A DNA stretch of 63,938 nt, filler included, from Octopus bimaculoides (GCF_001194135.2; 4 parts of 4 records of this genome joined end to end with filler, not necessarily neighbours in it), one strand, 5' to 3'; positions 24,777 to 37,762 are shown, counted from the first letter of the whole stretch. The notes: generated from the sequence alone by a model not told the origin. Numbers and translations are program-made.

Positions 24777-24965
24777 AATACTGTGACGCTTGATTTTAAA
24801 ATTCCTAAATCATGACTCGCTTGCAGAACAGATTTTCTAGAAGCCCTTTCTTGCTTTGTGGAGACCGTCAATATATGCGATCTTCCTGAATGTTTATTGT
24901 GGACATTCTAAACAATTGCCTCTGTTTCAAACCTAGCTGTAATTCGCGTGCTGGTACGACTAGAC

Positions 24966-25240
24966 CAGTGGTTCTCAACCGGGGAACGTATTAAATTTTG
25001 TGAGATCCACGTAACAAAATTGGATCTACGATAGTATTTTAGGGGCTCCTGAAAAAATTTTTTGCTTTAGATGTATGTATTGGTATGTATTGCAAATTCA
25101 ACCTACAGTTAACGTGTAAAAAAAACAACATAGGAATTTTGAAGGAAGTTTTAAACATCGAATGGTTATGGGTGGGGTCTGCCAGGAAAAAATAGCAATC
25201 AAAGGGGTCTACAGATAAAAAGATATGGTCAAGAACCCCT
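24966..25240. mobile_element. hAT (Charlie-like) MITE
   Basis: Starts cagtggttctcaacc and ends ggtcaagaacccct, typical hAT-MITE termini. No clean TSD was found. Confidence 0.55.
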
Positions 25241-25413
25241 TTAAGGTGGTGCCCCACATTGGCTGAAGTGCAGTGGCCGAAACAAGTCGAAGGAAGATAA
25301 ATGTTGCAACACTCTCTATAATCTATTGATGGAATGACTTGTGTGACTTTAGTTATTCTAATTACAACCAACAACTGTTAGCAACCATTTATTTTGTATA
25401 TTTGCATAATATT

Positions 25414-25612
25414 TATTTCTTTATTGCCCACAGGGAGCTAAACGTCGAGGGGACAAACAAGGACAGACAAAGGGATTAAATTGATTACATCGACCCCAGT
25501 GCGTAACAGGTACTTATTTAATCGATCCCGAAAGGATGATAGGCAAAGTCGACCTCGGCGGAATTTGGACTCAGAACGATATACCGCTTAGCTTTCTGTC
25601 AGCTCACCGCCC
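25414..25612 (-). mobile_element. SINE family A (gtgggcaataaagaaata tail)
   Basis: tatttctttattgcccacaggg.gctaaac...gacaaagggattaa...ggcaaagtcgacctcggcggaattt. Confidence 0.9.
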
Positions 25613-25626
25613 TATTTACATAATCG

Positions 25627-25998
25627 TGGCACTCCGTCGGTTACGACGACGAGGGTTCCAGTTGATACGATCAATGGAAAAGCCCGCTTGAAATTAATGC
25701 TCAAGTGGCTGAGCACTCCACAGACACGCGTACCGTTAACGTAGTTCTCGGGGAGAATCAGCGTGACACAGAGTGTGACAAGACTGGCCCTTTGAATTAC
25801 AGGTACAACAGAAAAAGAGTGAGAGAAAGTTGTAGTGAAAGAGTACAGCAGGGTTCGCCCCCTCCCCCAGCCGGGGCCTCGTGGAGCTTTAGGTGTTTTC
25901 GCTCAATAAACACTCACAACGCCCGGTCTCGGAATCGAAACCGCGATCCTATGACTGCGAGTCCGCTGCCCTAACCACTAGGCCATTGCGTCTCCACA
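25627..25998 (-). mobile_element. SINE family C, full length
   Basis: Reverse-complement match to 15820-16211. Confidence 0.9.
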
Positions 25999-26425
25999 TT
26001 TACGTAATATTGTTGATTCGTAGTTAAGAGATGGATGTTGAAAGAGCACTGCTAAAAGATGTTAAAAGAATTCCTTTATTCGCTTCCGCCATGTGGCTGC
26101 GGTCATGCTGGAGCACCACCGTGAGATGAAAGTTTAATAAAAGCTTGAGAAGTACTAGACTAGTCCCACCATCGAAGATATTTCAGTCGCGATGATACAC
26201 AAAGGGAACACAGGATTCATTCTCAGTTACGTAACTTGTCCATTCGTTTCTATTCCAGTAGGGTGTACTTTAAGAAAGGTTTTGGTTACTATTTCTAGCA
26301 GATCGGAAGAGCATGTAGAGGCCCTCGCCCATCGGCTTGTGCCAAATGTTTGTAACGAGCCGGTGTATGTGTATGTGCGTGCCTTTGTCTGTATGCGTAT
26401 GTGAGTGTGCATCTGTGCCTCTGTG

Positions 26426-26468
<43 letters not shown>

Positions 26469-26671
26469 TGAGTTTGTAATGAGCGTGTGTAGCATGAGAA
26501 AGAAACTGATGTAAGCCACTNNNNNNNNNNNNNNNNNNNNNNNNNNNNNNNNNNNNNNNNNNNNTTAATTAATTAANNNNNNNNNNNNNNNNNNNNNNNN
26601 NNNNNNNNNNNNNNNNNNNNATATATATCGGAAAAGGCCGATATTTAGGTAATCGTACCGAAAGATCGCCC

Positions 26672-26892
26672 AACTTTCTCTCACTCTTACTTCCCGTTTC
26701 TGTTGTGCCTGTAATTCAAAGGGTCAGCCTTGTCACACTGTGTCACGCTGAATATTCCCGAGAACTACGTTAAGGGTACACGTGTCTGTGGAGTGCTCAG
26801 CCACTTGCACGTTAATTTCACGGGCAGGCTGTTCTGTTGATCGGATCAACTGGAACCCTCGACGTCGTAAGCGACGGAGTGCCAACAACAAT
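26672..26892 (+). mobile_element. SINE family C 3' part
   Basis: caactttctctcactcttacttcc...gagaactacgttaagggtacacgtgtctgtggagtgctcagcc...ggagtgccaacaac. Confidence 0.9.
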
Positions 26893-27208
26893 GTGTGTGT
26901 GTGCGCGCGCGCGTGCGCGTCCCTGTGTGTATGTGTGTGTATTATCTATTGAATACTTTTGTTGTTGTTGTTGAAGTAGCTGCTGCTGCTACTTCTGCTG
27001 CTGTTGTCTTCTCGGTTGTAAAGATGAATGTATGAAACTTAAGTTTCCCAAACGATATAACAATTATGTCTCATTCAGCTCTCACATTCAGTTGATATTT
27101 TTTGGAACAATGACAGCAGTAAAGCGATAACAAACAAAATAGAATGAAATGAAGCTTAAAATATAATACATAAGAAAGTATTTAGGATAACTAGGCAGAC
27201 AATGCATT

Positions 27209-27375
27209 AGGCGCATACGTGACCGTATGACAAGATGTTTGCTTTCCACCCACATGGTTCTGGGTATAGCTCCACTGCGTAGCACCTTGGGTAGATGTCT
27301 TCCACTATAGCCCCGGACCTTGTGAGTGGATCTGGTAGACGGAAACTAAAAGAAGCTCGTCACGAATATGTGTAG

Positions 27376-27413
<38 letters not shown>
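27209..27413 (+). mobile_element. SINE family B 5' half running into (TG)n and a gap
   Basis: ccacatggttc...ccactgcgtagcaccttgggtagatgtct...gagtggatctggtagacggaaactaaaagaagc. Confidence 0.85.
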
Positions 27414-28222
27414 NNNNNNNNNNNNNNNNNNNNNNNNNNNNNNNNNNNNNNNNNNNNNNNNNNNNNNNNNNNNNNNNNNNNNNNNNNNNNNNNNNNNNNN
27501 NNNNNNNNNNNNNNNNNNNNNNNNNNNNNNNNNNNNNNNNNNNNNNNNNNNNNNNNNNNNNNNNNNNNNNNNNNNNNNNNNNNNNNNNNNNNNNNNNNNN
27601 NNNNNNNNNNNNNNNNNNNNNNNNNNNNNNNNNNNNNNNNNNNNNNNNNNNNNNNNNNNNNNNNNNNNNNNNNNNNNNNNNNNNNNNNNNNNNNNNNNNN
27701 NNNNNNNNNNNNNNNNNNNNNNNNNNNNNNNNNNNNNNNNNNNNNNNNNNNNNNNNNNNNNNNNNNNNNNNNNNNNNNNNNNNNNNNNNNNNNNNNNNNN
27801 NNNNNNNNNNNNNNNNNNNNNNNNNNNNNNNNNNNNNNNNNNNNNNNNNNNNNNNNNNNNNNNNNNNNNNNNNNNNNNNNNNNNNNNNNNNNNNNNNNNN
27901 NNNNNNNNNNNNNNNNNNNNNNNNNNNNNNNNNNNNNNNNNNNNNNNNNNNNNNNNNNNNNNNNNNNNNNNNNNNNNNNNNNNNNNNNNNNNNNNNNNNN
28001 NNNNNNNNNNNNNNNNNNNNNNNNNNNNNNNNNNNNNNNNNNNNNNNNNNNNNNNNNNNNNNNNNNNNNNNNNNNNNNNNNNNNNNNNNNNNNNNNNNNN
28101 NNNNNNNNNNNNNNNNNNNNNNNNNNNNNNNNNNNNNNNNNNNNNNNNNNNNNNNNNNNNNNNNNNNNNNNNNNNNNNNNNNNNNNNNNNNNNNNNNNNN
28201 NNNNNNNNNNNNNNNNNNNNNN

Positions 28223-28266
<44 letters not shown>

Positions 28267-28772
28267 ACACACACGCTCACACACATACATGCGTATACAG
28301 ATGTACATGTCATATTCGTGAGCACATTCTTGAATAATCACATTGTCTAGAAAGTTATTTGTATATGCCTGTATGTATCTTTCAATTTTAAAATTATTTG
28401 AAATCTCATAATGAAGGAGCTTGTTTTTAACAAAGATACAAAGCACCATCGTTGGAATGTGGACACCAAAGGCAAATTCACATTTTCAACTTGAGAAAAG
28501 TCTTGATTTTTATTGTTCCACGTATAGATTGTATTTGTGATGTATGAATTAGATGATTGGTTTCTTTTTCTGAAATCTCTTTCTTATCCAGATTGTCGCT
28601 CATGCATTTATATGTATGTGTAAGTGAAATACATATCAGAGATGTTTTGCCTCGCGTAAAAACTACAAGAGCTTCTCACAGGTATTGCAAGCTCTTCTTC
28701 TAAATCCATTGTAATCTCAGAAGCCCTTCAATATCATCCACAGGTATCTCAGGGTCACAAGTGTTTCACTCC

Positions 28773-29140
28773 TTAGCCTGTGCGAGTGAGATCTTCAGCT
28801 CTCACTGACCAGGATTCACACTCATAGAGAAGGATGATCCGGATGAGCGCTTGGGAAATACGCACTTTCGTGAGAACTCTGATCTCTGGTCGCGACCAAA
28901 GACGGCTCTGAAGACGACAGAACGCGGCACGAGCGCTGGTGACGCTTAGGTCAATTTCATCCTTTCCCTGTCCTGTTGCCGTAAATGTCGATCCGAGGTA
29001 TTTGAAGTGGTTGGCTTCTTCGAGGGCTTCGCCATTGAGAACCATCGGCACCTTTTCCGAGGACAGGATCTCTGTTGGGCAAATTTTGGTTGTGGACACA
29101 TTTATCTTCATGCCGATCTTCCAGCACGCCGGGCACCAAC
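28773..29140 (-). mobile_element. RTE-clade LINE reverse transcriptase C-terminal fragment
   Basis: GMKINVSTTK..LEEANHFKYLGS...EI...ARAAFCRLQSRLW....LTKVRI..LLYECESW is the typical RTE RT/thumb signature. Confidence 0.85.
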
Positions 29141-29439
29141 CTGGAATTTCTGAGGACCTGTGCTATTGTTAGATAGTCTTTGAACCTACACTAGGTTCAT
29201 CCGTCCTTTTGTTAGGTCACTTGTGAGGTCTCTCGTGAGTTCTCCTGGTAACATGGAATCCAGTAAAATCTGTTGCATGATCGGGTCATCGGCGACTAAA
29301 CCGGTACCCCCATTAGGCTTGCCTGATGAAGAGGGTCGCTAGAAACCCAGTAGGACTAAAAACAAGGCCTGTCAAAAGGAGAAAATCGATCTTGATATAC
29401 GATAATTCATATTGAGTAAAAAGGAAAGCAACCCACTGT

Positions 29440-30575
29440 GCGACTTATTTATGGGAAGCTACGACAAGCAGAACTCGTCGGATTGTTTATCCTGGATAGT
29501 CAAAGGAAACGCTCAAACCCTCATAGTTGGTCTCTATGTAGGGATGATGGTCTGGCAAATTTAAGCCATTTGAACGGCCGTACCATGGACAAATTCAGGA
29601 AAGAGCTGATAAATATCTTCAAAGAATTCGGCCTAACTATAACGTTTACAACCAATTTCACAAAGGTCAGTTTCCAGGACGTAATTCTAGACGGGCAAGA
29701 ACTACTCTTGCAGAAAATCCAATGAGAAAACTGTTTACATTCATAGACACTCCAACCAACCACTTACTCCATCCGGCTAAGTAGTATAGCCAGATGAAAT
29801 TAAAAGTCTAGTCAAAGGCATCAGGAGAAGAACCCTTAATATATCAGCGAGAAAAGAGATCTTCTACAGGGCTGCACCCCACAATAAATAGGCATTAACG
29901 AGAAACGACATTACCGATAAGTTAGTTTATATGGAGGACCCCTTTACTCCCAAATCTAAAGTGAGTCAGAAAAAGATAAATAATTTAGTTCAATCTTCTA
30001 TGCAATTTAAAAGTTTCCACTAATAAAGCGAGGAGCTTCTTGGCGCTAATTAGAAAGCATTTCCCCAGAATCCATAGATATTTTAAATTCTTCAATCCCC
30101 GAAATGCCAAAATCAGCTATTTCTGTTTAGACAGCATTGGTTCAAACATCTCACACTACAATAGGCACAAACGCACACTTATGCAGTTTCCAGTCCACTC
30201 ACCAACCTGTAACCTCCGAAATCGTACCAACTACCCACGGGTAGGATTCTTTCTCACAAAGGCTGTCGTTTATAGAGCTATCCTCACACCGTCCGATGGC
30301 ATCTACACGGGCATAACAGCCAATAACTTTAAGAAAAGGTATACACAGCACATGTACTTTTTCAGGTGCGGGAATAAAGAAAATATATCTTGTTTCATTT
30401 CATCTAGAGATCTCGTTACCATCAAAATTACTTCCCCCACATCAAATGGGATAGCTTTGACAGGGCCCCTGTTTATTCACCTGAATATCGGCTCTTTCGG
30501 TTATTGAGAATATTTTCATGATAAAGCCTCTTATCATGAAGCCTCGAGTAGGAGCAGATACGAGGCGGGAAATAA
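29440..30575 (+). mobile_element. Decayed Penelope-like element (RT + GIY-YIG endonuclease)
   Basis: CRDDGLA...MDKFRKELINIFKEFGLTIT...VSFQDVILD (PLE RT, YRDDGL type); LIRKHFP..KISY..CN.RN..VVYRA...IYTGIT.NNFKKRYTQH (GIY-YIG); IKW..FDRAPVYSP. Frameshifted. Confidence 0.85.
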
Positions 30576-32127
30576 GATTATATATATATATATATATNNN
30601 NNNNNNNNNNNNNNNNNNNNNNNNNNNNNNNNNNNNNNNNNNNNNNNNNNNNNNNNNNNNNNNNNNNNNNNNNNNNNNNNNNNNNNNNNNNNNNNNNNNN
30701 NNNNNNNNNNNNNNNNNNNNNNNNNNNNNNNNNNNNNNNNNNNNNNNNNNNNNNNNNNNNNNNNNNNNNNNNNNNNNNNNNNNNNNNNNNCATTCAACTG
30801 AAGCATACAATCAATGAAGATCACATTCCTACGAATATATTTAAGTATAGAAGTGTAGGCATAAAAATCTAAATGAAAGCAGCGTATGATTAACAAAAAC
30901 AAAATAATAAATCTCAATAATAGTATTAAAACTTGAGGTAAACCGAATAATTCAATATTCAGAACTACAATGTTTAATCTATTATTAGGTGGAAATACGG
31001 ATGATTACTCATATGAACCTATTAATGATCCGTTAGAAAGTAAGCATGTTATAATGGCTGAATGAGTTATATAAATAGAAATATTATTCCTATGTATGAA
31101 GGTAAAAATGCGTAAGGTTTCAAGGACCCCAGATAATAATATTAATTTTAGTCCCGAAAATGTACGTGTTGAAAATAATAGTATCACTGTTAACAGCTGT
31201 AGAATCAAAACCTTGAATAAGCATAGCCATATAGTGAACAATGAAAATAAGTAGACACTTAAGAGGCGTTCATATAAAGCAACTAGAGGGGCCCAATTCT
31301 GATCTCTGTATTCTGTGACTTGCTGTCAATAAACAAATACTATAGTGCCTAGTGCATTCAATTGCTCGAGAGCCTATATTGTTGCTAAGACGGCCCTGAC
31401 CACGACACAAATACCACCAGATCTTTGATGCTTATATCATGAAAGTTTCCTTCTCTACGACCACCAAACTTTGCTGCCATAGTGACAACATCTAATAGTA
31501 ATAAACTTAGTAGGTACAATAATATTAGTAAGAAAACAGTAAATAATAGATAAAGCACGCACCCACATTTTTGTATGCGGCGTCTTATGACCAATGGAAT
31601 GAGTTTAGTGAAAATGTATCCAGAGTTTAAAAAAAAACTTAAATAGTGAGAGTGGTAATAACTCGGTCAATGATTTTCTAATAGTAAAACTAATTTTAAC
31701 AATGAAGAAAATATTTCTCCTATTGGCCTAAACGTATCAAAATGAACATAATGACGGTAGTATTTATGGATGTAATAATAGAGTAAGTGATAGTAACTGC
31801 CTACAGAATAACATCGTATACAACTGTACTGTGAGAGCCTATAATGGATACAAGTTTTATATAGGATCTACAGCAAATTTTTTAAGAAACGCTTTTTGCG
31901 CACACTGTCACTCATTTTCTATCCCTAAATTTAGACAATCCACTTTTCTAAGTACATATTTAACTTAAAATCTAAATACATAGATTTTAATATGCAATCA
32001 GTACTATAAATTCAACCAAAGTATACCAAGGAAAGAGAGGATTTTGCCTATGTACGCGTGAAATACTTGTACACGTGAAATTCTAATGGCAGATGAGAAC
32101 TCGTTAAACAAGAAGAATGAAGTTATA

Positions 32128-33014
32128 CGAGCTGGTATCAAAAGTTTCCCTGACTATCTATGTTTAATAAAAAAAAAATAATAACTTATTTACCTAAGTT
32201 TTAACATCATATCCTTCGAAATAGTCACTTTGTGCAACAATACACCGGTCCCAACGTTCCTGCCACTTTTGGAATCCGGCCTGGAAATCGTTTTCTGTGA
32301 GTCGAGGGGCTTCTGCGATTCGCTCTGGATCTCAACAACGGTGTTAAAACGGTGACCTTTGAGTTGCATTTTCATCTTGTAGAAGAGATGGAAGTCCACG
32401 GGTGCAAAATTTGGTGAATAGGGCGGGTGCAGAAGAGATACCTTCTTGGTTTCGGTGAGAAACTCACGAGTGAAGAATCCAATTCTTTGCGCTCCACAGA
32501 TCCAGTCGCTTTCGGCGAATGTTCTCCCTCAAACGCTTCAAAACGTTGCAGTAGAACTTTCAGTTGACAGTCTGGCCCTGGGGGCCAAATTCTTGATGCA
32601 CAATACCACATTTCCAGTGGTGACGCTCGTGACAGGTCTTCCAGATCGCTCATCGTCTTCTAGGGATGTTCTTCCGTTTGTGAAACGCCCGTGCCACTCA
32701 AAGCATTGCGTACGACCCATTGTATCGTTGCCGTAAGCTTACCGAAGCATGCTTAATGCCTCTGTAGCAGACTTCCCAAGTTTAACGCAAAATATCACGT
32801 TGGCTCTTTGTTCCTGTCCATGACAAAATCGCAGACTACAGCATACACGTGATCACAAAAACATAAATTTCACAACTTGCGAAGTAAACACAGCGATGTT
32901 ATTTGGCATACTGCCTCATGAAGGTCACTGCTAGCTCTCACTACGCATGCAACCATGTGCTGTCATCTGTTGGCGCACTACAGAACTAGTCCGGGAACTT
33001 TTTATACCACCTCG
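32128..33014 (-). mobile_element. Internally deleted mariner transposon with both TIRs and TA TSD
   Basis: TA|cgagctggtatcaaaagtttccctgact ... agtccgggaacttttataccacctcg|TA. Peptides GRTQCFEWHGRFTNGRTSLEDDERSGRP (HTH), RENIRRKRLDLWSAKNWIL and DFHLFYKMKMQLKGHRFNTVVEIQSESQK. Confidence 0.92.
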
Positions 33015-33406
33015 TAATGGACTTTTAAATATTATGGGGCGCGAAGTAATTATATTTCTGATCACGACGACATAGAATAGCGCCTATAAGAACTCTATTG
33101 CCTTCTTATTACATACAAATAACGTTAACTCGACTCTACTTACAAAAGTTTTCGTATTTCATATAGAATATACATCTAATAGTTCCCTATTGCTTCATCC
33201 ATTTAGTTTGTTATCCAGTCGATTGCTTAAAAAGTTGGCTTAATAAGTCTGCGTTTTGATCACTCTGCTATTCTGTATACGTCTTTTTATCGTTTACTAT
33301 ACTGCTTATTTGCATATGAGAGTTCCTTGTAGTCCTATAAGTTAATATGGGGTGGGCGAGGTATGAAAGGTTCAATTCTATCTTCTAAGCCAAGTTTAAA
33401 AACATA

Positions 33407-33437
<31 letters not shown>

Positions 33438-33689
33438 ATTATGTGTATTTCTTCTATCTTAATGAATAAAAATTCTTCTGATAGAATAAATGGGTTAATA
33501 GAAACCAATGTAGCAAAGAACACAAAATAACTGTGGTTAGCTCCTGTTTTTAAGGCAGGAACTCCTTGAAATTTTGGGTATTTGAGTATATTTAAGAATT
33601 TAAGGATTGGAGAAAACGCACGTTATAATTGCATACTTTATTCCTACATATGTTTCAAAGGATTACAACCTGTGTGATCCGTTTTAAAT

Positions 33690-34080
33690 CCCAAGCAAGA
33701 TCTAACAGCACTTCTTTATCTCAGCTAATTCATAACCTAAAACAAAACTCAATTCTATACAATTTAAAATGGTCCATTGTTACCCATGCCAAGTCGTATA
33801 ACGTTTATAACAACAAATGCGATCTGTGCATCGCTGAAGTTTTTTCTATTATGCAATCCACCAAATCTCTGAATGAACGAAACCATCTAATTTTTAATTG
33901 TAAGCACCGATTCCGTAACACATTCTCAAAGTACAAATAATAGCGCCCCTGTTATTCCCTGACTATTCCTCCAGCTCTTCTATGTATTTATAACAGACAA
34001 CTTTTTAACTACCTTTATATTTTTTACATTTTATACTTTTCTTAAGTTTGTTATCTCCCTTCATCTTCCTTCTGCACATG
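33690..34080 (+). mobile_element. Penelope-like element C-terminal remnant (second copy/family) plus 3' flank
   Basis: LSQLIHNLKQNSILYNLKWSIV.HAKSYN...KCDLCIAE...LNERNHLIFNCKH matches the PLE GIY-YIG C-terminus (LSKYIW.LK...IKWSI..A.PY....C.LCL.EK...LNKR.EL...CRH). Confidence 0.75.
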
Positions 34081-34427
34081 AGTATATGCAGACGCCTACG
34101 AGCTCGCGCACACCTATAAGATACTACAGACGTATAAAGAAAATACCCGCGTGCGCGTTAATATGCGCTTGTATAGTTTTACTGTTAAGTGATATACTAC
34201 CGATTTACCTCGAACTACTATGTTCCTCTATTCACCAGAAACATTATCTTCCACCTGCCTCTCTTTCTTCCTTTCCTCTCCTACCAAATTCTAGCTTACT
34301 ACCACTCCTAAATTTCCTTTTTCTCTTCTCCTACTGGCATTCTTACCTCTAAGATTCTTCTCCTTTATTTTCTTTGATTCTGTTTAAATGTATATACACG
34401 GGCGTCACAATATATATATTTTTTTTT

Positions 34428-34615
34428 TAACTTGTTTTAGTCATTTGACTGCAGCCATGCTGGAGCACCGTCTTTAATCGACAAATCGACCCCAGGACTT
34501 ATTCTTTGTAAGCTTAGTACTTATTCTATCGGCCTCTTTTGCCGAACCGCTAAGTTACGGGGGACGTAAACACAGCAACATCGGTTATCAAGTGATGGTT
34601 TGGGGACAGACACAG
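34428..34615 (-). mobile_element. SINE family B 3' half
   Basis: cagtcatttgactgcagccatgctggagcaccg...ccccaggacttattctttgtaagc...gccgaaccgctaagttacggggacgtaaac. Confidence 0.9.
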
Positions 34616-34639
34616 AAGCAAAAATATATACATAAATAA

Positions 34640-34923
34640 ATATATTTATTTATGTATATATTTTCGTGTCTAGACGCATGCATATGTATTTATGTGCTAA
34701 ATTTTTGGAAAGTTTTACATATCTTTACAGTTCCATTGATGGCTTGAATCTGTAGTCTTCTAATCAGCCTTTTTCTTTCAGGTTTTGAGAACCCTAATTT
34801 TTCCAGGTTTTTGTTGAGGCAGTTCGTTACATATCCCAATGCCCCAACAATCACGGGTATGAATCTGAACTTGCAGTCTGGGTGGAGTATCTGCAAATTT
34901 CTCAGTAGCTCGGCGTAGTTGTT
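34640..34923 (-). mobile_element. R4/Dong-like (restriction-like endonuclease) LINE 3' end, unit 1
   Basis: YAELLRNLQILHPDCKFRFIPVIVGALGYV...LEKLGF...LIRRLQIQAINGTVKICKTFQKF. Confidence 0.75.
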
Positions 34924-35384
34924 NNNNNNNNNNNNNNNNNNNNNNNNNNNNNNNNNNNNNNNNNNNNNNNNNNNNNNNNNNNNNNNNNNNNNNNNNNNNN
35001 NNNNNNNNNNNNNNNNNNNNNNNNNNNNNNNNNNNNNNNNNNNNNNNNNNNNNNNNNNNNNNNNNNNNNNNNNNNNNNNNNNNNNNNNNNNNNNNNNNNN
35101 NNNNNNNNNNNNNNNNNNNNNNNNNNNNNNNNNNNNNNNNNNNNNNNNNNNNNNNNNNNNNNNNNNNNNNNNNNNNNNNNNNNNNNNNNNNNNNNNNNNN
35201 NNNNNNNNNNNNNNNNNNNNNNNNNNNNNNNNNNNNNNNNNNNNNNNNNNNNNNNNNNNNNNNNNNNNNNNNNNNNNNNNNNNNNNNNNNNNNNNNNNNN
35301 NNNNNNNNNNNNNNNNNNNNNNNNNNNNNNNNNNNNNNNNNNNNNNNNNNNNNNNNNNNNNNNNNNNNNNNNNNNNNNNNNNNN

Positions 35385-35700
35385 AGTGTATGCGCAGATT
35401 TGTATGTTTGTTTTATGGATGCGTTTTTATGTATATATTTTCGTGTCTAGACGCATGCATATGTATTTATGTGCTAAATTTTTGGAAAGTTTTACATATC
35501 TTTACAGTTCCATTGATGGCTTGAATCTGTAGTCTTCTAATCAGCCTTTTTCTTTCAGGTTTTGAGAACCCTAATTTTTCCAGGTTTTTGTTGAGGCAGT
35601 TCGTTACATATCCCAATGCCCCAACAATCACGGGTATGAATCTGAACTTGCAGTCTGGGTGGAGTATCTGCAAATTTCTCAGTAGCTCGGCGTAGTTGTT
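35385..35700 (-). mobile_element. R4/Dong-like LINE 3' end, unit 2
   Basis: Identical to unit 1 over ~270 bp but with a different distal 3' flank. Confidence 0.75.
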
Positions 35701-35702
35701 TT

Positions 35703-35944
35703 CTATGTATGCATGTACGTATGTATGTGTTTATGTACAGATTTGTATGTATTGTTTTATATATGTATTCTCATGCATATAGTTACATATCTAGACTTGA
35801 TATATTTAAATGATAAACTTCTGGAAAGTTTTACAGATTTTTAGAGAGTTCCAGTGATGGCTTGGATCTGTAGTCTTCGAATCAGCTTTCTGGTTTTGAG
35901 AAACTTAATTTCTCAAGATTGGTCTTTAGGCAATGTGTTACATG

Positions 35945-35975
<31 letters not shown>

Positions 35976-36225
35976 GTATGTATGTATGTCATTATTCAGT
36001 TTTATTTCAAGATTTCTTGCCAATAAAGAGCCGGTTTCTAACCTAGATCCAAGGCTCCCTCACTGGAATTTCAACATCAACAGGGTATTTTTGCAAGTAT
36101 ACGTGTAGAGTCTTATGTTTTGTTTTATATGTGTATTTTCATGCATATAGTTGCATATCTACACATGCTTATATATACTTAAATGATAAACTTCTGGAAA
36201 GTTTTACAGATTGTACGTATGTATG
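35703..36225 (-). mobile_element. Further short R4/Dong-like LINE 3' ends (units 3-5)
   Basis: tgataaacttctggaaagttttacagatt occurs twice (encodes ICKTFQKFI*). gagccggtttctaac.ag...aaggctcc tail is shared with unit 6. Confidence 0.65.
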
Positions 36226-36239
36226 TCTCTTCTACTTTT

Positions 36240-37235
36240 TAATTATTATAAATCTTCCACTGAGGAGAGAGCCGGTTTCTAACAAAGATACAAGGCTCCA
36301 TCTTTGGGATGTAGTTAACACAGACAACTTCACATTTGGAACTTGAGAAAAGTCTTGCATATTTTTACTGTTCCACTCACAGATTGCACTTATAATGCAC
36401 GAATTAGCCGGTCTCTTTCTGAAAATCCCAGTTTATTCAACATTTAAATTTAATTTGTCAAATATTTTCGTCGCTTTGAGACCGCGACCTGTTCACTGAC
36501 AAAATTCTGTCAGATTCTCCTTCAAGCATTTATTAACAAAACCTAGTTCTTCAATTATTATTGGTATGAATATGAATTCATAGTCTGGATATAGAATCTG
36601 GAGGTTTCGAAGCAGTTGTCTATAGATATCCTCTTTTCTTTGATTTTCAAAGAGATATATATATCTGCAGGGCAGCTGACCTCTGATGGTTCATACCTTT
36701 GCCCCTCTATCCCAAACAACAATATCCGGCCTGTTATGTTTACATTTGACAGAAGTTTTAATGGGAATATTCCACCAGTAATCCTTGAGTTTGTGTTTAT
36801 GAATGTATTCCATAACAGAGGGATCGGATCGTCTGACTTTATTTCAGGACAGTTTTTCTTTTCTTTTTTTTTTCTTTTTTTTTTGCGGATGGCATTGTTA
36901 ATTGTTTTAGCAACAACATCGTGCCGCATAGGGAGGTAGTACCGTGATGGCATTTTAGAGCAGCTGCTAATCACATACGTGATGTCTTCCACAGAAACAT
37001 TGACATAACCTACACATGCGATTGCACCTTGGGATTACAAGAGCGTCACTGTCTCTTTTGTTCACCAGGTACTTTGTGGCAATCTCCTGTTCCTGGATTG
37101 CAAACGCATAGCCTTCAAAGTGTGATGTAATGGTCTTGTGTCCAAGAGAAGCTGCACTTCCTGTCAATAGAGAGACCATTGATGCACAGGTTTTGGGTTT
37201 GAGGGACTGACTTTCCTCGTTCTATAACCAACTAT
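36240..37235 (-). mobile_element. R4/Dong-like LINE 3' ~1 kb (CCHC finger + restriction-like endonuclease), decayed
   Basis: EGYAFAIQEQEIATKYL...CRLC...EDITYVISSCSKM..RYYLPMRHDVVAK...LLWNT...EVSCPADI..KIKEK...FIPIII..LG...GTVKICKTFLKF. Confidence 0.85.
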
Positions 37236-37762
37236 GACGTATGTATGTATGTATGTATGTATGTGTACGTATGTTTGTATGTATGTATGTAAACTAAAAG
37301 AACTACACAATATAAACTCATTGCATATTTCAAGCGCATTTACTTGTTTCTTTGTTTTATATTACATTCACTTTATCTCATACATTTTCTTGCATTCTTA
37401 GATCTTTACAAACTGTCTTCTACAATTGCGTTATCATTAGTTTATCACAATCTGGGTTTTTTTTTTCACCTCTACTATCGTTTTTTGTATTATTTTCCTT
37501 TAATTTTTCTTATTGTTCAGTGTCTGTTTCTTGTAGTTATTGTTGTTATTGATGTTTGTGGTGGTGTCTTGTGCAGGTCAAAGTGTGCTGTATATTTTAC
37601 TTTTTCTTAACACTACTAGCATCAACCTCATTCTCACACATTATCTCACACCTCCACACTACCTAACACTCTTCAGCTTTTCTCTTTCATATATATATAT
37701 GAATGTACGTATGTACGTATTTATATATATATATATACATACATGTACTAATATACATATAA

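Noticed and set aside
26565-26576. TTAATTAATTAA embedded in N runs (also 41743-41754 and 62635-62646)
   Set aside because: An identical 12-mer centred in 100-bp N blocks, with stops in all six frames; this is a scaffolding spacer, not biology. Adjacency across these joins is uncertain.
29316-29370. CTGATGA...GAAAC...GTA hammerhead-like string upstream of the Penelope remnant
   Set aside because: Stem II is only 2 bp and stem I does not pair next to the core, so it cannot be supported from a single copy.
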